DNA of 42,116 nucleotides from a bacterium. GTDB lineage: Bacteria > Hinthialibacterota > Hinthialibacteria > Hinthialibacterales > Hinthialibacteraceae. This document shows positions 29,895 through 38,386 of the stretch, in pieces. The position numbers were made by a program, and so were the translations under genes. The stretch covers positions 1 to 42,116 of the forward strand of contig CAXXSM010000003.1 in the NCBI GenBank assembly GCA_963663405.2. Reading direction: 5' to 3'. The stretch's first letter is position 1; every line of letters begins with the position of its first letter. The notes beneath the pieces are model-generated. The model did no database searches and was not told the origin of the DNA. It was given only the letters and a program-made list of their open reading frames with translations.

Positions 29895-31787
29895 TTGAAT
29901 TCGGATGGATATGAACCTATTTATCCTGGATTAGACACGTCTCTCTACGAATTAAATCTAGAGTACTTGCGCCGGTATTATTCGGATTTATACGAAACCA
30001 TCGTGAACCGCCGATACGAGCCGATGTATCGCATCCGGTTGGGAGGCGATCCGCAAGCCCCTGGCTGTCAAATCCAACCCCGGACATCCACCGCGCCCAG
30101 CCGGGGAGACCGGGGATTGATTCATGGCGCCTCTCCTTGGAAAGAAGCGCAACATACAGCGGAGCAGATTCCGTGGCGGCAGGCGGGATTGATTTTTGTC
30201 CTCAATACAGGTCTCGGTTATACAGCCCGTCTTCTTTCCCAACAGATTTATTTATATAGATTGAATAAAAATCAACTCATCCGTCTTGTTTTTGTTGAAG
30301 AAGACATCGAACTGTTTCGGAGGAGTCTTTATCTGCACAATTGGACGAGATTGTTTGCGCAATCGGAGAACCTATTTATTGCCGGTGTTCCACTCTCGAA
30401 AACGCTTCATCATCCCGTTCTCAACTCCTATCCACCGGTATATCAAGAAGCGGCGTTGGTGATTCCCGGAGGTCATCTATCCCCACGAGAAACGAAGGAA
30501 ATCACTCTCCTTACACAAGAAGCGCAAAATCGGAAAGAATGCGCCGGTCAGTATATCCAAAATGCCCTTCATCTTCTTCATAACCGACGTGAGTTTTTCC
30601 GTCCCGTCAAGCGCCCCAAGCGGATTCTCTTTCTATCCCATTACATGATCCCCATGCAAAATATGATAATGAACATTCTCAAAACGTGGGGTTATGAATG
30701 TAAATTGATCCCCCTGCTGAATGATCCCAAAGCCAAAGAGCATGCATTCGGATTCTATCGTAAATGGGCCTGGTTGGATATGCTGAATGATTTCAAACCG
30801 GACGCTCTTTTTATGCTGACGGACACGGCGGACGATTTGACAGACGGCAGCGATCTTTCCACAATCCCAATCCCCAAAATCGTTTGGTTTTTGGACGATC
30901 CACTCCGTCAAATCCGGTTCCGCGACCGGCGATTTACAGAACGGAAGAATACGTTTCTGTTTTGTTATGATAAAACCCATCTGGATAACCTGCGCCGCCT
31001 TGGATTCCGACATGTGTTTTATCAGCCGTTCGGCGCGTCGTTTGGACCGGATTTCCAAGGATTGATTGATGGAGAGACGCATCCTGGCGTTACGTACGCC
31101 GGTTCAATTCTGGGCGAAGTCGAAATCCTTAACCGCTGGCTTTTTGCCCCTTACATGCCGGAATTGATTCCGATTCTTCAGCAGGCGGGTGAAGAAATCG
31201 CCGCAGGAAAATGGCGGTCCGAACATGAATGGATTGAGGAAAATGGTATCCCAGATGAAAGACTGGATCGTACGATCTATGTTCGTTACTTGCAGGATTA
31301 CATTACAAATAAAAAACGAATCTCGATCCTCTCAGCTGCGGTGGAATTCAATTTACGGACCTATGGGAGTGAAATGTTTAAAAGTGAATTGATACCGGAA
31401 AGACTTAGGAAATGTTACCAGGAAAAAAGACTTCACTACACCGTCGAACTACCTGGTATTTATGCGCACAGCGCAGTCAATTTAAATATCAATCACTGCC
31501 AAAGCAGGACGGGAGTACAGGCGCGGATCTATGATGCGCTCTCAGTGGGTGGATTTCTACTCACCGATTCCAATCCTTCGATCGAAGAGGAATTCGATAT
31601 CGGAAAGGAGTTGATCTGTTATCATTCTCCTGATGAATTGAAGGATCTGTTGCGATTTTATTTAAACCACGAATCCGAACGCAGGAAAATCGCTCAAGCG
31701 GGTCAACGGGTAGTATTGGAAAAATATACATTGGAGAAACGGCTCAAACAGATTTTTCAAAAAGTGGAAGAACTTGTGGAAGAGTAG
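29895..31787 (+). CDS. Glycosyltransferase (CgeB/DUF3880 + Glyco_trans_1_2-like) with a Maf-like N-terminal region; probable flagellin modification
   Basis: TGLGY...VFVEEDIELF N-terminal region, WFLDDP, FCYD, YAHSAVNLNI, ARIYDALSVGGFLLTD, EEFDIGKELICY, ERRKIAQAGQRVVLEKYTLEKRL. Confidence 0.8.
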   Translation: MNSDGYEPIYPGLDTSLYELNLEYLRRYYSDLYETIVNRRYEPMYRIRLGGDPQAPGCQIQPRTSTAPSRGDRGLIHGASPWKEAQHTAEQIPWRQAGLIFVLNTGLGYTARLLSQQIYLYRLNKNQLIRLVFVEEDIELFRRSLYLHNWTRLFAQSENLFIAGVPLSKTLHHPVLNSYPPVYQEAALVIPGGHLSPRETKEITLLTQEAQNRKECAGQYIQNALHLLHNRREFFRPVKRPKRILFLSHYMIPMQNMIMNILKTWGYECKLIPLLNDPKAKEHAFGFYRKWAWLDMLNDFKPDALFMLTDTADDLTDGSDLSTIPIPKIVWFLDDPLRQIRFRDRRFTERKNTFLFCYDKTHLDNLRRLGFRHVFYQPFGASFGPDFQGLIDGETHPGVTYAGSILGEVEILNRWLFAPYMPELIPILQQAGEEIAAGKWRSEHEWIEENGIPDERLDRTIYVRYLQDYITNKKRISILSAAVEFNLRTYGSEMFKSELIPERLRKCYQEKRLHYTVELPGIYAHSAVNLNINHCQSRTGVQARIYDALSVGGFLLTDSNPSIEEEFDIGKELICYHSPDELKDLLRFYLNHESERRKIAQAGQRVVLEKYTLEKRLKQIFQKVEELVEE

Positions 31788-31814
31788 GGAAGAGCGAAAG
31801 AAGAAGAGGGAATG

Positions 31815-33242
31815 TTACAAGAACGAACTTAAATGCCCGACGACAATTTTTCCCGCCTCGACGATCGAATCACACAACCGCCGCGCTTCCTCTTCACTGA
31901 AATACTTTTCGAAGTATTCGGTGTTGGTCATATAGACCATTTTATCGTTGTAATGATACCGTTCGGCATCGTAAAAGGTGCCCAAATTTTGCAGGACGCC
32001 TCGCAAGAGGAGTTCATAAAGGGCGAAATCTTGTTTAAAGACTTCAAAAATCCGATTCATCGTTACCGGCCAATCCTTCGCGAGCGTATTCCGCAGCGCC
32101 GACACTTCTTCTACAAAGAGAAGGGCCGCCCCGCATACATCACGAATCCGACTCAGTTCCCAAGTGTTTTGGCGGATTTGGGTTCGGGTGCGTTCGAGTA
32201 GATCGTTATTATTAAGCTGCGCCTGGTTTTGGTATTGTTCCAGGAATTTGTTTACCAACATCCAATCATAATTGCGTTGAAAGCGGTGGAGCGCGTAACT
32301 CCAGACTTCATTCGGCACGGAACCAACCGCTTCAACCTTTGGATTGGGTTCGATTTTTTTCCCCACGCATCGAATCCGGCCGCATAATTCCGCTGACGCG
32401 TTCATGAATCCTGCTTTGAATAAAGTGAAAATGAGGGAATGGAAAGGGAACGCGCATCGCTCTTCACTCTTTAGGCAGAGCCGGTTAACGCGGGGATTCA
32501 CCGCTGGATTTTCCACTTCGACATAAATCACGCCTTCGTCTTTGATGTGAGGATGAATTTTATTCAATACCTCCAACGGTTGGGTGGTTTGTCCCAGCGC
32601 GTCAAAACAAAAGACAATATCAAACTGGTCATCCTCTTCGAGTCCGGCGTTCATTACCGGTTTTTCCGATTGGAAGAAAGGATCGTCCATAGGAAGAGAA
32701 GACGTGTCGTCCGGTGGAGATTCCGCAGTGGTGTTTTCTGGTGAAGCGTCTTCCGTTTTCTCTGTATCAAAGAATGGATTCTCAACGAGGAACGGATCGC
32801 TGACTTTTTCCGATACGCCGGTAGGGGATTCCTGTGTTTGTGTTTCCTTTGTGTCACTTTCCTGAAGGAGCCGGTCAAGCGAAATTGTTTTGACTGCCCA
32901 GCCTTCTTCTTTCAGTTGGGATTCAAAGCGTTTTTTCTTCGAGTAAATCTCCAGCGCGCGCCCAGGTTCTTTCGCGTAACCGGTGAATTGCCGCAGCCAC
33001 TCCAACGGTTCTTGAGAAGGAGGCGGCGGTTCGGCTCCCGTCTCCCATCCATCCGAAAAGAGATCGCCCTGGGACGATCGATCGACAATGGGATTTTGGA
33101 AGATCAACGCGCATTCGCGGCAGATTGAAAAATGGACCCGCGTATCCATCGCCCACTCACGCATCAGTTGATCTTCCTTTTCCCAGTGCCAAAACGATTG
33201 ATGATTGGCGCTCTTACAGACCGGACATTGAACATCCGTCAT
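31815..33242 (-). CDS. Zn-ribbon + class I SAM-methyltransferase-like protein (degenerate)
   Basis: CPVC...CREC.LIFQNP, FDIVFCFDAL...PLEVL.KIH..IK.EGVIYVEVEN. The glycine-rich motif I is replaced by ALEIYSKKKRF. SD GAGGAG before ATG 33242. Confidence 0.65.
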   Translation of the reverse strand: MTDVQCPVCKSANHQSFWHWEKEDQLMREWAMDTRVHFSICRECALIFQNPIVDRSSQGDLFSDGWETGAEPPPPSQEPLEWLRQFTGYAKEPGRALEIYSKKKRFESQLKEEGWAVKTISLDRLLQESDTKETQTQESPTGVSEKVSDPFLVENPFFDTEKTEDASPENTTAESPPDDTSSLPMDDPFFQSEKPVMNAGLEEDDQFDIVFCFDALGQTTQPLEVLNKIHPHIKDEGVIYVEVENPAVNPRVNRLCLKSEERCAFPFHSLIFTLFKAGFMNASAELCGRIRCVGKKIEPNPKVEAVGSVPNEVWSYALHRFQRNYDWMLVNKFLEQYQNQAQLNNNDLLERTRTQIRQNTWELSRIRDVCGAALLFVEEVSALRNTLAKDWPVTMNRIFEVFKQDFALYELLLRGVLQNLGTFYDAERYHYNDKMVYMTNTEYFEKYFSEEEARRLCDSIVEAGKIVVGHLSSFL

Positions 33243-33437
33243 GATATTCTCCTCATAATTCAATGTAGTTTTACCGTATCACGAATTCGCTCCCCAGACG
33301 AGTCATGACTATCCATCGCGGGAATCAATTGGATGGCCATGGCGCCGGAGTGGACGTCTTCGCCAGTAGAGGGTGGATTGGAACCACCCTCATGTATAGA
33401 TCCGCGGAAGATCCTTCCACTTTCGTTCGCTGATCCA

Positions 33438-36002
33438 CTACCCGAGCAGCGAGAGGAAGCTTTGGGGAAGGAAATTCGCCTGCGCCAGGACCGAAACACC
33501 CGCTTGAAGAAGCACTTGGCTGCTTGCGTAGGCGCTTGTTTCTTTTGCAAAGTCCGCGTCCCGCAGTCGCGATTCCGCCGCAAGAAGATTTTCAGACGAA
33601 ACGCTCAGATTGGCGATTGTGCCTTCCATCCGATTGGTCGCCGCGCCCAGCAGTGAGCGTGTGCGATTGATCTGATCCAACGCTTTGTCAACAATCTCCA
33701 ACGCTTCATTGGCGCCGGAAAGGGTGGTCACATTGATCGTCTCGACTGTGCGACCTTCGTTGGCGAAGCCAAGATACTCCGCAGTCAGATTGCCGATGCT
33801 GGTCCGGAAATACTCATCGGAAAAAGCGCCGATTTGGAAGTTGAGAGATGAATTGATTGTCGAGATTAAGAGTGTTACGCCTGGATCCGGTTCATCCGTC
33901 GCTGATTTAGTGATATCTAATATCGTGTCGAAATCCACTGTCAAAATCCGCGCTACACCACTCGCAAACGTCTCGTCGTCGATAAATTCCACATCCTGCG
34001 CGCCATTTTGAAATGTGACCGCTGGGCCTCCATTCAAGCGTCCGATAAATTCCTGGGCTTGCGTATCGAGGATATCCTTGCCGACTTTTAAATTTGATCC
34101 AACACGGAGAGTCACCCGTTCAGGCACTTCTCCTTCCTTGGTCGCTTCTTGTCCATTGAGCGTGATAACCTCTCCCGCCTTGGCTCGAACCGCCTCGCCT
34201 CCATTGATGCTGATGGACGCCGATTCGGCGAAGCCTTCTTTGATCAGATCCGCGTCATCATTGATTGTGTATGCCGGAGTCGCCGAGGAATTGCTGTCGT
34301 TGAATGTGAACGTGAAGTCCAATTGGGAATCATCCCGCCCGAGATCATCGATTAATTGAAGTTTGCCATCCGCCGATAGTGTGAAGAGCGCGTTATCGAA
34401 ACGGGTTTTCTTACCATCCAACGAGTTGATCGTATAATCCCGTGTCCGGTAATTGAGTTCCGCGATCAATCCAGACAGGCTGGCGAATTGGAAATCATTC
34501 AAATCGGTGTCTGTGGAAGGTGTGTCACTGAATGTATAAACGCTCTCAAACGTCGCGCCATCTACATCCGTTCCCCGTAAGGAGAGGGTATCCCCATTCG
34601 AGATCGAAACACCACCGGTGTAAATTCCATCCACAAAGGTTCCGTTGAGAGACAAGCCCCGTGTCGTGCTCACAAGAGAGGCGGTTCGTGAGAGCGTGGC
34701 GCCTGTGCCGTCGCGGAAAATGATGGTGCTTTCCAGTGTCCGGTTCTGGGCGGCTTTAACATCATTGACTGTGATTTCAAATTCCCCGGTCGTGAACGTC
34801 GAGCCTGTGATCGCAGTAATCGAATTCCCGATCTGTCCGCCTCCGGAGAGGATGGAATTCCTGCCCAAGACCTCGGAGCGTGTCACTCCAGCCGCTTGAG
34901 ACACCACATTCCCCCCCCGGATCATCGAGACGTTGATCTCCGATTGGTTAATGTAGTTCCCCTCATTGTAGAGAAGCAGCCGGCCTAAGTTGGCGCCCGT
35001 CCCAATCGTGACTGTCGTTCGGAACGAAGTCGGCACACTGGCGGTGGTTGTCACTCCAAAGAGAGCCTTTTCCGCGTTGTCGATCGCGCGGTTGATGGAT
35101 CCCACGAGAGACGCCGCCGCGTCGGACGCCACCGTGTCGGTGGAGACGCCAAACTGGGCCGCTCCACTGAGGCTGAATGTGCCGAAAAACTTCGTCACTC
35201 CATCGGCTAAATAGCCATCAAACTGAAAGACATCATACATACTGTTCCGCGCCGCGATGGAAACGCCATTAAAATACTCGCCATCGAATCCATCGCCGGC
35301 GACAGAGCCGCGTCCACCGAATGAACGCGCGTCGGAAAAATGAGCGACGCTGACGGCGATGTCGGTCGCGTCATTCGTTCCGAGGTGCATCGTGCGCGAA
35401 ACTCCATTTGAATCCAGCCCAGGGATCAGCTGGGCGAAGCCGTTTTCCGTCCGGATAATGTTAAGATAGCTGACGCCGGACTCCAACGTGCTCGAACTGG
35501 GGCCGCTGTCGATGCTAATGCCATAATTCATGTTGTAATCTTGCCCTGCTTTAATCTCCGAGACAACGCTGTAGTCTCCGTTGAGAAGCAGGTTGGCGCT
35601 GTATTTCGTCGTATTGGCGATTCGAGTGATCTCGTCAATGGACTGAAACACTTCATCTTGCAGCGCCTGCCGCGCCAGAAGATCGTTGACGCCGGTGTTC
35701 GCGGCCTGGATCGCCAGCACCCGGATCCGGTCGAGCCGGTTCACCATCTCTTCCATCGCGCCTTCGGCGATGTTGACCAGGTTGATTCCATCCTGGGCGT
35801 TCATGACGGCTCGATCGAGTCCCCGGACCTGTGAGCGGATGCGCGTGGCGATCGTCAGGCCAGCGGCGTCATCACCGGCGTTATTGATCCGCAAACCGGA
35901 CGAGAGCCGTTCGATCGATTGTTGGAGATCCCGGCTCGTCGCATCGAGGTTCCGATTTGCGGTAATGGCGGCGATGTTGTTGTTAATCCTGGTGATACTC
36001 AT
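33438..36002 (-). CDS. fliC: Flagellin 2 (854 aa)
   Basis: Conserved flagellin N- and C-termini. Central domain is collinear with flagellin 1. Confidence 0.95.
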   Translation of the reverse strand: MSITRINNNIAAITANRNLDATSRDLQQSIERLSSGLRINNAGDDAAGLTIATRIRSQVRGLDRAVMNAQDGINLVNIAEGAMEEMVNRLDRIRVLAIQAANTGVNDLLARQALQDEVFQSIDEITRIANTTKYSANLLLNGDYSVVSEIKAGQDYNMNYGISIDSGPSSSTLESGVSYLNIIRTENGFAQLIPGLDSNGVSRTMHLGTNDATDIAVSVAHFSDARSFGGRGSVAGDGFDGEYFNGVSIAARNSMYDVFQFDGYLADGVTKFFGTFSLSGAAQFGVSTDTVASDAAASLVGSINRAIDNAEKALFGVTTTASVPTSFRTTVTIGTGANLGRLLLYNEGNYINQSEINVSMIRGGNVVSQAAGVTRSEVLGRNSILSGGGQIGNSITAITGSTFTTGEFEITVNDVKAAQNRTLESTIIFRDGTGATLSRTASLVSTTRGLSLNGTFVDGIYTGGVSISNGDTLSLRGTDVDGATFESVYTFSDTPSTDTDLNDFQFASLSGLIAELNYRTRDYTINSLDGKKTRFDNALFTLSADGKLQLIDDLGRDDSQLDFTFTFNDSNSSATPAYTINDDADLIKEGFAESASISINGGEAVRAKAGEVITLNGQEATKEGEVPERVTLRVGSNLKVGKDILDTQAQEFIGRLNGGPAVTFQNGAQDVEFIDDETFASGVARILTVDFDTILDITKSATDEPDPGVTLLISTINSSLNFQIGAFSDEYFRTSIGNLTAEYLGFANEGRTVETINVTTLSGANEALEIVDKALDQINRTRSLLGAATNRMEGTIANLSVSSENLLAAESRLRDADFAKETSAYASSQVLLQAGVSVLAQANFLPQSFLSLLG

Positions 36003-36027
36003 GATATTCCTCCGTGAATTGGGCCTT

Positions 36028-36045
36028 TCCGGCGTCCATGCCGGA
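36028..36045 (-). promoter_or_regulatory. CsrA-type hairpin in the flagellin 2 leader
   Basis: TCCGGC-ATGGAC-GCCGGA. The SD itself reads ACGGAGGA. Confidence 0.7.
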
Positions 36046-36123
36046 TCGATTTTGGGTTACAGACTTCTATTTTGAAACGGCGAGCCACGCCAGAATTATG
36101 CAGTTGGGCGCTGTTCGTTTGGC

Positions 36124-36204
36124 AAACAAAAATAAGGCAACGCGCCGGGACGTCGAGTGAATCGCCCCGGCGCACATTGCCAAACAACTGACGTGACTGT
36201 GCGC
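36124..36204 (-). promoter_or_regulatory. Putative transcription attenuator (terminator/antiterminator) in the flagellin 2 leader
   Basis: Terminator GGCAA..GCGCCGGG...CCCGGCGC.TTGCC-TTATTTTTGTTT. Upstream GCGCACA can pair with TGTGCGC in its 5' arm. Confidence 0.55.
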
Positions 36205-36697
36205 ATTATTCTTGAACAACGTAACGGTAAAAGCCAATCACTAGAAATTGCCCCTGGACAGAGCTATTCTTAGACAGCCTATCCTGTGTATGGGCGTGTT
36301 TCGGCTTGCGGCCCAGCGTAAGTAAATGCAAAGCTGCCGGTGGGCAGTGTTCACTGGTTGCAGGGCCTTAATTCCCGCTGCGTCTTATATACAATCTTGC
36401 CTTCTCTCCGCGGTTTTTCGGGGGCGCTGTAGGAGACCGCGGGGAACGCAAAGACTGCTGTACTTACAGTGACCCTTGAATACGTCACATGAAGTCCCAG
36501 TTTCACCAGAAGGTGGCCATTATGGTCCCTCCCACCGATCCCAGGCAGTCAACCTGGTTCATTCTCTATTTTTAAACAGAGATGAAGGCGGGTTATGTAG
36601 TCGTCATAGACGGTACATTCTCCTTTTCCATACTCGAAGCGGTGACCATACGAAGCGCGTATAGCGAGGCTCGAGCCGGTTTGTTATAGATAAACCT

Positions 36698-36724
36698 TTA
36701 TCGTTACCCCTGTCGTGGGGTATA
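36698..36724 (-). promoter_or_regulatory. Candidate sigma28 promoter about 690 nt upstream of flagellin 2
   Basis: Minus strand TATA-N15-AACGATAA. Confidence 0.45.
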
Positions 36725-36938
36725 TAAGTCAATTCTCAAATAAGGAGTTTCCTCATACAGAAACCTTTCTCTATGCTTGTTCTAATTCATCTTTTGGCAA
36801 TCTAAACGCTCTTATATCTCATATCTCACCAATTCTTCGTCTGGATAAGTCAGATCGAAGCGGCGTTACTTATAAATCCGCTTTCATTGTTCCCACCCGG
36901 CGGATGGCGCCGCTGGGGAATGGACGTATATGGTGTAT

Positions 36939-37448
36939 TCACTTTTTACATACACATGCCTCGATCGCATCGCCGCAACATTCCTGTTCCGGCATCGCAG
37001 GACTGCGAGAATCCACTCCTGTCCATTCGATTGTTTCCGGTTCGAGATCCAGTGGACGCAACACCACAGTCTCCCCGTCTTGTTCTCCTGTAATGAATTT
37101 TGAGAGTTGTGGGAAGGAGGGTTTCCAAGAACCCAATCCTGAAAGCCAGCCTTGCCGCAGATGTTCTGCGAATCCTTTTAACCACAGGATAAGGCGCTGC
37201 TTTCGGGATTGAGATTCCGTGGATTCCCTCCCTCCGCTTCTCTCCGTTTCGCCTGGTTTCGATCTTCGCTCCCATTGGAGCCGGGGAACCTCCACTCCAT
37301 CCCACGGACGGAGGAAGAAGAAAGTTGTCCGCCGGATGGCATAGTGGAGTTTTGGCCGCACCCATCTATTCCCTCGGCGCCACCGTTCCGGGACCGATCG
37401 AACGCCGATCGGCCGGTAGGAACTGATTGAGTCACGAATCGAATCCAT
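36939..37448 (-). CDS. Hypothetical protein (frame uncertain)
   Basis: Strong SD AAGGAG 6 nt before ATG 37448. No recognisable domain, and other frames are open in parallel, so indels are possible. Confidence 0.4.
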   Translation of the reverse strand: MDSIRDSISSYRPIGVRSVPERWRRGNRWVRPKLHYAIRRTTFFFLRPWDGVEVPRLQWERRSKPGETERSGGRESTESQSRKQRLILWLKGFAEHLRQGWLSGLGSWKPSFPQLSKFITGEQDGETVVLRPLDLEPETIEWTGVDSRSPAMPEQECCGDAIEACVCKK

Positions 37449-38302
37449 ACTTGTCTCCTTTGCCGGTACACATTCACGTGAAATCCAAACAGCCGCACCC
37501 GCTGGATTCCCGTTAAGCGGGACACCGGGCGGAAAGACGATACGTTTGACGAAACAAATTTCTCTTTATAAAACAAAGCCTGCGTCTAAACCGTTTTGAT
37601 GTCATAGCGAATGACCTTGGTTCTCTTTCAATCATGAATCGGCGCTTGTTGGCAAGGCCGTCATCCATTCAACGATTTCTCCGAAGGCGGCGCCTTTATT
37701 CGGAAAATCATGGAGTGGATGAGGTTCCAATCACCTCACTCGATTCCGTTGAAATCTCGAACGATCCCTTGTCCTTTACTGGAGACGGCAGTCCCCGTGT
37801 GGACGTTTCTCGACGCCTTTCTCTCTTCTATACATCGATCCTATAGAGGAAGAGAATACGAGGCCTAACGCTTGGAAGAGAGGATTCATCAAACCATCCA
37901 TCTTCCATCACTCGTTCTCCCGCCCATCACTATGGGCAAAGTGAACTCGTGATAAACGTCCCGTTCTCAAGGCAATCGTTTTTAATTTTTTTCCGCTCTG
38001 CGGCTATTGAACTTCCTTCGTTAGCCGGCGGCGCCATTTCAATCTTTAATCTCTCTTTATGCCTCTCCTTTCTGTTTTGTACTGGAACGCGATGGTCCAG
38101 TGTTCACTAAGGATGAAGGAGCCGATCGTTTTGGGCCTTCATCAATCCCTTTTGAAGCGCGCGGGAATGTTCGAATCCCAGCCTTACATCGCTTCAACGC
38201 TTTCGCCGAAATACGATTCGGAAAACCATTGAAGAGATGGCGTAACGCTTGATAAGGCTTGTTTACACTGTCTTTGTTCTATTGCCTCCGCTGGTTTCGA
38301 GC

Positions 38303-38338
38303 CGGGGCAGGGAGGCGGAGCTATGGCTCCCTGCCCCG
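38303..38338 (-). terminator. GC-rich 12-bp hairpin after flagellin 3
   Basis: CGGGGCAGGGAG...CTCCCTGCCCCG, with a weak U-tract. Confidence 0.55.
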
Positions 38339-38386
38339 CGTTCTTTATCTGCTAAGGTAGTTGAAACTGACCGGTAATCCGTTTGT

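Noticed and set aside
36320-36460. Sigma54 promoters at TTGC motifs
   Set aside because: No GG at the required -24 spacing.
36300-36480. c-di-GMP-I riboswitch (GGAACGCAAAGAC, ATGCAAAGCTGCCGG)
   Set aside because: The fragments lie on the strand opposite the flagellin and lack the GGCAAA/GNRA P2 element. The class II resemblance on the minus strand lacks the pseudoknot pairing.
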